Below, one piece after another: positions 8,390-16,749 of a stretch of 35,893 nucleotides of DNA. The notes under the pieces were generated by a model. That model was not told where the DNA came from and did not search any database. It saw nothing but the letters and a program-made list of their open reading frames with translations. Source of the DNA: an uncultured Gemmatimonadota bacterium (GTDB lineage: Bacteria; Blakebacterota; Blakebacteria; Blakebacterales; Blakebacteraceae); the NCBI GenBank assembly GCA_964576115.1, contig CAZNUA010000037.1:1-35893 (forward strand). The letters are read 5' to 3'. Positions within the stretch are counted from its first letter, which is position 1. Each line of letters starts with the position of its first letter. Both the position numbers and the translations under genes were made by a program.

Positions 8390-10081
8390 GTGGTGAAATC
8401 GGAGCGTTTTCATAGAATCCTGACCGGGGTTCTCATCCTGTCGTTCTTCACCGTCGTGACGGCGGTCACACCGGCCGCCGCCCAGGTGCCGGCCGGGGCG
8501 GTTGCCTCCGATCCGGCTTACGGGATGGTGAATCCCGACGAGGCGGGCTGTACCTCGATCATGGTGGCCAAAGGGGCCTCGACCGACGGATCGGTGATCA
8601 CCTGCCATTCGTGTGACGGCAACTACCGGACCTGGCTCAACATCGTGCCGCACACTACCCACCAGGCCGGTTCTGAGCGCGATATCTACTGGGGCCGGCT
8701 GCACACCGAGACCGCCTGGGACATGCGGCGGATGACTTTGAAAGGCACCATTCCCCAGGTCGGGGAAACCTGGGCCTACATGAACGTCGGCTACCCCTGC
8801 ATGAACGAGAAGGGGCTGGCCATCGGCGAGACCACTATCGGCGGCCGGGGCGACCTGCGCAACCGCGACGGACTGTTTCTGATCGAGAACCTGCAGGCGA
8901 TCGTGCTCGAGCGCTGCACCACGGCGCGCGAGGCGATCCGGCTCATCGGCGAGCTGGTGGCCGAGTACGGCTACGGCGACAACGGCGAGTGCCTGACCTT
9001 CGCCGATGCTCATGAAGTCTGGCACTTCGAGATCATGGGCAGCACCATCCTGGAGATCGGTGCGGTCTGGGCCGCGGTTCGCATTCCTGACGATCATGTC
9101 GGCGTCTCGGCCAACATCCCCCGCATCAGCACTCTCGACCTGGACGATCCCGACCACTACATGGCTTCGGACAACGTCTTCAGCCTGGCCGAGGAGATGG
9201 GCTGGTACGATCCCTCCAGCAACGAGCCCTTCAAGTGGTGGAAAGCCTACGGGCGGACCGACCGCGAGGGCAATCCGACCCCGCCGTACTCGACCCGCGA
9301 GTTCTTCATCCTGAGCACAATGGCGCCCTCCCTCGGGCTGACCCGTGACATGGAGGAACTGCCCTTCTCGGTCAAACCCGACGAGAAAGTCTCGGTCCGC
9401 GACGTCATGCGCTACTACCGCGAGACCTACGAGGGTACCGACCTCGACGCCTCGCAGAATCTGACCGTAGCCCAGCGCCGCTATAACCGTGAGACGGGGC
9501 AGTTCGAGGTAGGCGAGAAGGTCACCAGCCCGCTGGCGTGCAACTGGACGGTGGGCCGCGACCTGGGCCAGCTCGTGAACGAACTCGTACCCGGTACGGT
9601 CGAGAGCCAGCGCACCATCGCCATCGCGGGGTGCTCGTACTCGCAGGTGATCCAGTGTCGCGACTGGCTGCCCCCCGAGATCGGCACCGTGGCCTGGTTC
9701 TCCTTCGACAACCCGGGACAGAGCCCGCGCATTCCCATCTTCGCCGGCACTCTGCGTCTGCCGCCGAGCTTCGAAATTTGCTGCCAGCACCGCTTCCGCA
9801 CCGACGCCGCGGGGTGGTGGTTCCGGCGGGCCAACCGTCTCTCGATGATCGTCTGGGGCCGCACCCGGGGGATGATCGAAGAAGCCGTCATGGCTTTCGA
9901 GGACCGGGCCTTCACCGAGCTACCCGCCGTCGAGCAGATCTATCTCGACATGGTGAGGACCGATTACGACGCCGCCCGGGAGTACATCACCCAGTACACC
10001 AACGACTTCGCCCACGCCGCCATGCACAAGTGGTGGGAACTGGGCGATGAACTCTGGGCCATTTACGCCCGCGGGTGGTAG
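8390..10081 (+). CDS. peptidase family C69 (Ntn-hydrolase dipeptidase), exported
   Basis: Signal peptide; AG|CTSIMVAKGASTDGSVITCHSCDG, MNEKGLAIGETT, TTAREAIRLIGELVAEYGY; RBS AAGGAG. Confidence 0.9.
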   Translation: MVKSERFHRILTGVLILSFFTVVTAVTPAAAQVPAGAVASDPAYGMVNPDEAGCTSIMVAKGASTDGSVITCHSCDGNYRTWLNIVPHTTHQAGSERDIYWGRLHTETAWDMRRMTLKGTIPQVGETWAYMNVGYPCMNEKGLAIGETTIGGRGDLRNRDGLFLIENLQAIVLERCTTAREAIRLIGELVAEYGYGDNGECLTFADAHEVWHFEIMGSTILEIGAVWAAVRIPDDHVGVSANIPRISTLDLDDPDHYMASDNVFSLAEEMGWYDPSSNEPFKWWKAYGRTDREGNPTPPYSTREFFILSTMAPSLGLTRDMEELPFSVKPDEKVSVRDVMRYYRETYEGTDLDASQNLTVAQRRYNRETGQFEVGEKVTSPLACNWTVGRDLGQLVNELVPGTVESQRTIAIAGCSYSQVIQCRDWLPPEIGTVAWFSFDNPGQSPRIPIFAGTLRLPPSFEICCQHRFRTDAAGWWFRRANRLSMIVWGRTRGMIEEAVMAFEDRAFTELPAVEQIYLDMVRTDYDAAREYITQYTNDFAHAAMHKWWELGDELWAIYARGW

Positions 10082-10121
10082 GCGGGCAGGTCCTGCCACC
10101 GATCGCCACAGCCGGTTTGTA

Positions 10122-10162
10122 CGCCCGCTCCGGGATTCTGGTCCCGGAGCGGGCGCTCCTCT
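10122..10162 (+). terminator. strong hairpin ending the pgs/peptidase unit
   Basis: Perfect 14-bp stem CGCCCGCTCCGGGA / TCCCGGAGCGGGCG with a 6-nt loop; pyrimidine tail CTCCTCT, not a true U-run. Confidence 0.6.
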
Positions 10163-10310
10163 GCCGAACTCCGTGATCATAACTGTCCCGAGAGGCCCCT
10201 CTTTTCACTTGTAACCTGGATGGTTGCGGACTTCTTATGACCTGCTCCCGTAGCCGGGATCAGGCCTCAGAGCGGTGTCCGATCCCGGGTACCGGCCGGG
10301 AGGTTCGGTC

Positions 10311-11558
10311 ATGAGTGAGAAGGTCATCCTCGCCTACAGCGGCGGTCTCGACACCTCGGTGATCCTCAAGTGGCTCCTCGTCGAAGGCTATGAGGTCATC
10401 GCCTATATCGCCGATGTGGGCCAGCGCGACGACCTGGAAGCGGCCCGGGCCAAGGCTCTCGAGACCGGTGTCAGCACGGTCTATGTCGAGGATCTCAAGC
10501 GGGAATTCGTCACTGACTTCATCTTCCCGGCTTTCAAGGCCAACGCCATCTACGAAGGCCGCTACCTGCTGGGGACCGCCCTGGCACGACCGCTGATCGC
10601 GAAGCGTCAGATCGAGATCGCGGCCGCCGAGGAAGCCCCGTACGTCGCGCACGGCGCGACGGGGAAGGGGAACGACCAGGTCCGGTTCGAGCTCTCCTAT
10701 TACGCCCTGAATCCCCGGATCAAGGTCCTCTCCCCCTGGAAAACCCCGGCCTTTCTCGATCAGTTCCAGGGCCGCAGCGATCTGCTCGCCTTTGCTGCTG
10801 AACACGGGATCGAGGTCACGGCCACGGCCGAGAAACCGTTCAGCGAGGACGAGAACCTGCTCCACATCTCGCACGAGGCCGGCATCCTCGAGGATCCCCT
10901 CTACGAGGCGACTGAGGAGGTCTATTCGTGGACCGTCGCTCCCGAGGCGGCCCCCGACGAGCCGGAGCGCATCGCGCTGACCTTCCAGGACGGCATCCCC
11001 GTCGAGGTGCGCAACCTCGACGACGGCACGGTGCACACCGACCCGCTCGAACTCTTCACCTACCTGAACTCCATCGGCAGCCGGCACGGCATCGGGCGGC
11101 TCGACATGGTCGAGAACCGCTATGTCGGGATCAAGTCGCGGGGCGTGTACGAAACCCCCGGCGGCACCATCCTGCATGCGGCGCACATGGATATCGAGGG
11201 CATCGCCATGGACCGCGAGGTGATGCGCCTGCGCAATATGCTCACCGCCAAACTCTCCGAACTGATCTACTACGGCTTCTGGTTCAGCCCCGAGATGGAC
11301 TTTTTGATGGCCGCCATCGATGCCAGTCAGGACGTCATCGACGGCACCGTCACCCTCAAGCTCTACAAGGGAGTCGCCCTGCCGGTGGCCCGGGAATCCT
11401 CGTCCTCGCTCTACGACCGGGAGTTCTCGAGCATGGATATCGAGGGCGGTTTCAACCAGGTCGATTCGGCCGGTTTCATCCGGACCAACGCCATCCGCCT
11501 GATGGCCCACAGCGCCATCATGAAGCGTAAGCACCGCCGTTGGGGGATGGACTCATGA
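10311..11558 (+). CDS. argG: argininosuccinate synthase
   Basis: [64 protein letters not shown] before ATG 10311. Confidence 0.98.
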   Translation: MSEKVILAYSGGLDTSVILKWLLVEGYEVIAYIADVGQRDDLEAARAKALETGVSTVYVEDLKREFVTDFIFPAFKANAIYEGRYLLGTALARPLIAKRQIEIAAAEEAPYVAHGATGKGNDQVRFELSYYALNPRIKVLSPWKTPAFLDQFQGRSDLLAFAAEHGIEVTATAEKPFSEDENLLHISHEAGILEDPLYEATEEVYSWTVAPEAAPDEPERIALTFQDGIPVEVRNLDDGTVHTDPLELFTYLNSIGSRHGIGRLDMVENRYVGIKSRGVYETPGGTILHAAHMDIEGIAMDREVMRLRNMLTAKLSELIYYGFWFSPEMDFLMAAIDASQDVIDGTVTLKLYKGVALPVARESSSSLYDREFSSMDIEGGFNQVDSAGFIRTNAIRLMAHSAIMKRKHRRWGMDS

Positions 11559-12796
11559 CGCTCTGGAACGTGGGGGGCGAGACAGATCCCGAAGTGCTCC
11601 GCTTCTCGGCCGGTGATGAGTACCGGCTCGACCAGCGCCTTGTACCCTGCGACTGCCGGGCGTCGATCGCCCACGCCCGCATGCTGGGCTCGATCGGGGT
11701 TCTGACCGCCGATGAAGTGACCGACCTGACCGCCGGCCTGGAAGAGATCATCCGCCTGCATGCGGCCGGGGAGTTCGCCATCGCACCCGAACAGGAGGAT
11801 TGCCACACCGCCATCGAGCAGTGGCTGACGGCCGAGGTCGGCGAGGCCGGGCGGAAGATCCATGCCGGCCGCTCGCGTAATGATCAGGTGCTGACCGCCC
11901 TGCGGCTCTGGCAGAAGGACGCCCTGGCCGAGATGGACCTGCAGCTCGAGACCTACCGGACCGCCCTCTCGGCCCGGGCTGGCGAACTCGGATCGGTCGA
12001 GATGCCCGGCTATACCCACCTGCAACGAGCCATGCCGACCACGGCCGGGATCTGGCTTGGCGCCTTCGCCGAAGCTGCCGCGCAGGACCGCGAAATCCTG
12101 GCGAGCACGTGCGATCTGATCGATGCCTGTCCCCTGGGAACCGGGGCTGGATACGGGGTGCCGGTCTTCGAGCTGGATCGGGAGATGACCGCCCGCGAGC
12201 TGGGTTTCGCCCGGGTCGAGGAGAATCCGATCCACGCCCAGATGACCCGCGGGAAGTACGAAGCAGCCCTTCTGGCACTCTTTTCGCAGATCATGTTCGG
12301 CCTCAACCGCCTGGCCTGCGATCTACTGCTCTTCACCACCCGGGAATTCGGTTTTGTCACCCTGCCCGAGGAACTCTGCACCGGTTCCTCGATGATGCCG
12401 CAGAAGCGCAATCCCGATGTGCTCGAACTCATCAGGGCCCGCTACAGCGTCGTGCTGGCCCGGGAGTTCGAAGTCAGGAGCCTGATCGGCAACCTCATGA
12501 GCGGCTATCAGCGCGATCTCGGCCTGACCAAGGCCCCGCTCTTTGCCGCCTGTGACATCACCCTCACGAGTCTGGATATGATGCGCCGGGTAGTTGAAGG
12601 CTTCCAGTTGAACGAGGAGGCCTGTCGCCGGGCGCTGACACCGGAGCTGTATGCGACCGAGGAAGCCAACCGGCTCGTCCGGAAGGGACTGTCCTTCCGA
12701 GAGGCGTACCGGCAGATAGGAGAGAAGTACCGGCCGGGGACCGCTGGCGACATCGGTCGTTCCCATCCGGAGGCCGGGCTGGAGGATCGGCCCTGA
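11555..12796 (+). CDS. argH: argininosuccinate lyase
   Basis: [44 protein letters not shown] overlap with argG. Confidence 0.96.
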   Translation: MTLWNVGGETDPEVLRFSAGDEYRLDQRLVPCDCRASIAHARMLGSIGVLTADEVTDLTAGLEEIIRLHAAGEFAIAPEQEDCHTAIEQWLTAEVGEAGRKIHAGRSRNDQVLTALRLWQKDALAEMDLQLETYRTALSARAGELGSVEMPGYTHLQRAMPTTAGIWLGAFAEAAAQDREILASTCDLIDACPLGTGAGYGVPVFELDREMTARELGFARVEENPIHAQMTRGKYEAALLALFSQIMFGLNRLACDLLLFTTREFGFVTLPEELCTGSSMMPQKRNPDVLELIRARYSVVLAREFEVRSLIGNLMSGYQRDLGLTKAPLFAACDITLTSLDMMRRVVEGFQLNEEACRRALTPELYATEEANRLVRKGLSFREAYRQIGEKYRPGTAGDIGRSHPEAGLEDRP

Positions 12797-13716
12797 CCCG
12801 CACGGTCGAGATAGCGGTCATCGGCGCCGGACCGGCTGGCTGCAGCGCTGCGGTCCAGTGCCTCAGGCTCGGTTCGCATCCCCTGCTCATCGACCGCAGC
12901 GGCCGCGCGGGGGGACTGATCGTCAACGCCTGGCGGATCGAGAACTATCCCGGTCTCGAGCCGGTCAACGGGCGCAGGTTTGCAGCCCGGCTGGCCGGCT
13001 TTCTCGACCGTTTCGGCCTCCAGGTCGAGCCGGGCGAGGTGACCGGCCTGACTGTCACAGAGACAGGTTTCCTTCTCGACATCACCGGCAGGGAGGCGAC
13101 CGCTCGCAGTGTCATCGTCGCCACCGGCACCAGGGCGGTTCCTCTGGATATTGCCGGGGCGCGTGAGTTCGAGGGATCGAAGCTCTTTTACGAAGTCGCC
13201 ATCCTGCTCGAACAGTACCCCGAACCCGAACGGATCGTCGTGATCGGAGGGGGCGAAGCGGCCCTGGATTACTCGCTCACCATCGCCGGGCAGGGAGCCG
13301 AAGTCATCCTGCTCGTGCGGGGTGACGGCCTGCGGGCGAATGAACGGCTCGTCGAGGCCGTCTCCCTCGCCGACCGGATCGAGACGATCCACGGAGTCGT
13401 CCCCGTCGGGCTCACGGAAGATGCCGGGGAAGTGGTCGTCGAGACTGCTTCGGTCGCGGGCGATCGGACTTTCACGGGTCAGGCCGTGATCGCGGCCATC
13501 GGTCGGGAACCGACACTGCCGGCTCTGGAGGGGGCTATCCTTCCCGCCGGTTCGGCCCGGGTCGCGACCCCTGTACCGGGACTCTACCTGGCCGGTGATG
13601 TCCGCCACGGTTCGCTGGGCCAGGCGGGAATGGCGGTCGGGGACGGGCTTGCAGCTGCCCGGCAGGCGGCATTGTATCTCAGGGGAACACAGCCATGGGT
13701 AAAGGAACGGGAATGA
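12793..13716 (+). CDS. TrxB-fold NAD(P)/FAD oxidoreductase lacking CxxC; inferred CTG start
   Basis: The frame upstream of the tracked 13039 start encodes VEIAVIGAGPAG...GGL...IENYPG; also VIVATG, IGGGEAA, GLYLAGDV. GGAGG at 12781-12785; CTG at 12793 overlaps the argH TGA. Confidence 0.85.
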   Translation: MTRTVEIAVIGAGPAGCSAAVQCLRLGSHPLLIDRSGRAGGLIVNAWRIENYPGLEPVNGRRFAARLAGFLDRFGLQVEPGEVTGLTVTETGFLLDITGREATARSVIVATGTRAVPLDIAGAREFEGSKLFYEVAILLEQYPEPERIVVIGGGEAALDYSLTIAGQGAEVILLVRGDGLRANERLVEAVSLADRIETIHGVVPVGLTEDAGEVVVETASVAGDRTFTGQAVIAAIGREPTLPALEGAILPAGSARVATPVPGLYLAGDVRHGSLGQAGMAVGDGLAAARQAALYLRGTQPWVKERE

Positions 13717-14621
13717 AGCTCGAAATCGTTCACCAGACAGGTGAGGACGACCTGGCGCAAGTGTTCGTCGGTCGGCTCGAAGACGGGTCGCTGATCGAAC
13801 TGGTCGAGAGCGTGCAACCCCCCGTACCGCGCGACGAGAAATGGGTCCTGATCGTCTCGAACCTGAAGGGCTGCCCCGTCCGGTGCCCCATCTGCGACGC
13901 CGGTGGTTCGTACGCCGGCCCGCTCACCGCCGACGAGATCATGGGCCAGATCGCCTTTCTGGTCGAGCGTCGCTTTCCCGGTGGCCGGGTCCCGGTTTCC
14001 AAGCTCAAGGTGCAGTTCGCCCGTATGGGCGATCCGGCCTTCAACGATGCCGTTCTCGATGTTCTCGAAGAACTGCCCCGGCGGTTCGACGCTCCCGGAC
14101 TGATGCCCTGTGTCTCCACCATCGCTCCGGCCGGTCGCGAGACCTGGTTCGAACGTCTGCTCGAGATCAAGAGCCGGTTCTATCCCGACGGTCGCTTCCA
14201 GATGCAGTTTTCCCTGCATGCCACCGATGAATCCACCCGGCGGTTGATGGTGCCGACCCGGACGTGGAGTTTCGCTGAGATCGCTGCCTGGGGAGAGCGG
14301 TTCTGTTTCTCCGGCGACCGGAAAGTAACCCTCAACTTCGCCCCGGCTCGCGGATACCCCTTCGAACCGGAACGGCTTACGGCCTGGTTTTCCCCCGACT
14401 CCTTTCTCATCAAGCTGACGCCTGTCAATCCGACCCGGTCCTCTGCCCGATCGGATCTGGTCGGTCTGATCGACCCCGCTGATACGGCGGCCACGAACGC
14501 CCTCGTCGACCGGTTCCGGGCCTGCGGTTATGACACCCTGCTCAGCATCGGCGAGCTGCGCGAAAACGAGATCGGCTCGAACTGCGGGATGTATATCGCC
14601 GATATGATCCGGGAGAGCTGA
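13713..14621 (+). CDS. radical SAM protein, short RlmN/Cfr-like
   Basis: GCPVRCPICDAG (CxxxCxxC), RMGDP, QFSLHAT, C-terminal GSNCGM; ATGA overlap with the upstream gene. Confidence 0.88.
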   Translation: MKLEIVHQTGEDDLAQVFVGRLEDGSLIELVESVQPPVPRDEKWVLIVSNLKGCPVRCPICDAGGSYAGPLTADEIMGQIAFLVERRFPGGRVPVSKLKVQFARMGDPAFNDAVLDVLEELPRRFDAPGLMPCVSTIAPAGRETWFERLLEIKSRFYPDGRFQMQFSLHATDESTRRLMVPTRTWSFAEIAAWGERFCFSGDRKVTLNFAPARGYPFEPERLTAWFSPDSFLIKLTPVNPTRSSARSDLVGLIDPADTAATNALVDRFRACGYDTLLSIGELRENEIGSNCGMYIADMIRES

Positions 14622-14645
14622 CGATCGGGGGCGGCCGTTCGCGGG

Positions 14646-14666
14646 CGGTCACAGCGGCTGTGACCG
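14646..14666. other. perfect 10-1-10 inverted repeat (terminator hairpin or enhancer site)
   Basis: CGGTCACAGC-G-GCTGTGACCG, 24 nt after the radical SAM stop. Confidence 0.5.
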
Positions 14667-14783
14667 AACGGTAACACCACCTCGGTACAGCTTCGAACCG
14701 GACTCTCCTACCCGCCCACATTGCCAACCATAATTGCATGCCGGACAACATGTTGTGCCTGCCCGGGCCAGTTCCCGGCACGG

Positions 14784-14799
14784 TGGCACACATTCTGCT
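14784..14799 (+). promoter_or_regulatory. sigma54 (-24/-12) promoter
   Basis: TGGCACACATTCTGCT: GG(14785-86)-N10-GC(14797-98), matching TGGCAC-N5-TTGC(A/T) with one mismatch. Confidence 0.7.
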
Positions 14800-14845
14800 T
14801 TCGATACCGGTCAGACAGATTCAGTCAGAAACCGGGAGGCGGACC

Positions 14846-14941
14846 ATGACCGCACACCGATCTGTTTTGAGCCTTATCGTCGCAACTTTCGGTCTGCTCG
14901 ACCGGTTCGTGGTCAGCGCCGGGATCGGTGTCCGGTTCTGA
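14846..14941 (+). pseudogene. 31-aa micro-ORF, possible internally deleted outer-membrane protein remnant
   Basis: RBS GGGAGG; MTAHRSVLSLIVATFGLLDRFVVSAGIGVRF*; signal-peptide-like start and beta-signal-like end. Confidence 0.35.
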
Positions 14942-14970
14942 TCAGACCCATGTTTCGAGGAGAATCAATC

Positions 14971-15558
14971 ATGACGAAGAGAACAGGTTTCATCACTCTG
15001 GTTGTCCCGCTCGTGCTCGCGGTGACTTCCCCCACAATTTCCGCTCAGACCGGTTCGGATCACCTGCCCCCCGGTCACCCCCGGATCGGACCCCTCAGGC
15101 AGGCTCTCCACACCCCCGATTCGACCGCCGCCTGGCTTGGACAGTTCGCCGGCAGAGCCGAACAGGGAGAATCCGGGGTCACCGAACAACAGGGTTCGGC
15201 CGTCGGTTCGGTCCTGGGCGCCGGGCTCGGTATGGCAGCCGGTACGGCCGGGGCGTTACTAATCGCATCGGCCTCCGGCGGGGATTTCTTTGATCAGCTG
15301 GCAGTGGCGGGATTGAGCCTTCTGATCCTCGAACCCGTCGGGGTCGGAGTCGGGGCCCACCTGGGCAACGGCGGGCACGGCAGGGCCGGTTCGGCCATCG
15401 GGGCTTCGTTTGCCTCGTTCCTGCTCGGGAACCTGGCCCTGTCCGCGGTGGCCGGTGATGAGGAGATCAGTCCGGTATTCAGCTTCGCTGTCCTGGGTCT
15501 GCAGATCGGTTCGGCGGTCACGGCCGAGCGTCGCTCGGCGCGCAACAGAGAGCGATAG
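14971..15558 (+). CDS. hypothetical exported/membrane protein with Gly-rich hydrophobic helices
   Basis: RBS GAGGAG; signal peptide ending ISA|Q; GSVLGAGLGMAAG and GVGVGAHLGNGGHG glycine-zipper-like segments. Confidence 0.7.
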   Translation: MTKRTGFITLVVPLVLAVTSPTISAQTGSDHLPPGHPRIGPLRQALHTPDSTAAWLGQFAGRAEQGESGVTEQQGSAVGSVLGAGLGMAAGTAGALLIASASGGDFFDQLAVAGLSLLILEPVGVGVGAHLGNGGHGRAGSAIGASFASFLLGNLALSAVAGDEEISPVFSFAVLGLQIGSAVTAERRSARNRER

Positions 15559-15568
15559 GGATGGGCGA

Positions 15569-15613
15569 GGCCCGGTCGGGAACGATCGGGCCCGGGCCGG
15601 GTAATGAACCCGG
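15569..15613. terminator. tandem GC hairpins between convergent genes
   Basis: GGCCCGGTCG-GGAA-CGATCGGGCC followed by CCGGGT-AATGA-ACCCGG. Confidence 0.5.
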
Positions 15614-15615
15614 TT

Positions 15616-16740
15616 TCAGAGAGCCTTGATGTACACCCGCCGGCGCTTATGCTGGCGGGCGTCGTAATAGCGCCAGAAGGTCTGCACCTTGACGTTCTCC
15701 TCCAGCTCGGCGTTCGATTCGGCGTACCTGATTCCCTTCTCGATACTCAAGTTCGTCATGTCGGTCATGAACAGAGCGTTGACCCCCTTGCCCTGGTATT
15801 CGGGCCGGACTCCGACCAGGAGAATATCCACCCGCTCGGGCACGCCCGTCATGGCCCGGCGCAGGTGCCACCAGCCGCAGGGGATGAGCCGTCCCCGGGC
15901 CTTCTGGAAGGCCCGCGACAGCGAGGGGATCGAGATCTGGAAACCGACCACCCGATCGTTCTGATCGAGGACGACAGTGCAGTACTCCGGATCGATGAAG
16001 GAGAAATACTGCCGGGTGAAGAGTTCGACCTGCTTCTCGGTCAGAGGCACGAAACCGTGCAGAGGAGCGTAGGCTTCGTTGACGACCTCGAAGACCTGCT
16101 GGGCGTAGGGCAGCAGTTCCCGGCGCGAGGTCGCCTTGAGAATTGTCAGTTTGTTCCGTTTGACCGTGATGTCGTAAATGCGCTGGGCCTTCTCGGGGAT
16201 CTCGGTCGGAGCTGTGACCTCGTATTCGATGTAATCGACGTCCTTGGTATAACCGTGCCGCTCCATGTGCTCGGGGTAATAGGGATGGTTGTAGTTCGCG
16301 GCGAAGGTAGGCAGTTCGTTGAATCCGTGGATCAGCATGCCCTGTGACTCGAAAGTGGAGAAGCCGGTCGGACCGGTCAGGCCTTCGACACCCCTGTCGC
16401 TGGCCCACTCCTCAACCGCTCCGAGCAGGGCCCGCGAGACCTCCTCGTCGTCGATGAAGTCGAACCAGTTGAACCGGCCGACATTGTGATCCCAGAGTTC
16501 GATGTAACGGCGGTTGATGATACCGGCGATCCGACCGACCGGTTGCCCGTCGCGCCAGGCCATGTAGTAGACGGCCTCACAGTGCTCGAAGGAGGGATTG
16601 CGGTCGCGGCGCAGGGTGTCCATCTGTGCCCGGTTCAGGGGGGGGATCCAGTACTCGCTGTCCCGGTAGAGCGAGAAGGGAAAACGGACGAACCGTCTGA
16701 GATCTGAAAGGCCGGTGACCTCGCGCAATTCAAGGGCCAT
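15616..16740 (-). CDS. GNAT-fold acyltransferase, YghO/bacterial ceramide-synthase-like family
   Basis: FVRFPFSLY...WIPPL, VGRIAGIIN, FDFIDD, GPTGFS..QGMLIHGF, YNHPYY, LVGVRPEYQGKGVNAL, ELEEN. Confidence 0.8.
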   Translation of the reverse strand: MALELREVTGLSDLRRFVRFPFSLYRDSEYWIPPLNRAQMDTLRRDRNPSFEHCEAVYYMAWRDGQPVGRIAGIINRRYIELWDHNVGRFNWFDFIDDEEVSRALLGAVEEWASDRGVEGLTGPTGFSTFESQGMLIHGFNELPTFAANYNHPYYPEHMERHGYTKDVDYIEYEVTAPTEIPEKAQRIYDITVKRNKLTILKATSRRELLPYAQQVFEVVNEAYAPLHGFVPLTEKQVELFTRQYFSFIDPEYCTVVLDQNDRVVGFQISIPSLSRAFQKARGRLIPCGWWHLRRAMTGVPERVDILLVGVRPEYQGKGVNALFMTDMTNLSIEKGIRYAESNAELEENVKVQTFWRYYDARQHKRRRVYIKAL

Positions 16741-16749
16741 GATTACACC

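Noticed and set aside
10160-10310. ARG box or arginine-responsive leader upstream of argG
   Set aside because: No AT-rich TGAAT/TGCAT-N4-ATTCA palindrome and no Arg-rich leader ORF seen.
12793-13716. Canonical thioredoxin reductase (trxB), or a 5'-truncated pseudogene
   Set aside because: The redox CxxC is absent (LFYEV at that position), and the full N-terminal FAD motif is intact in frame from a CTG with an RBS.
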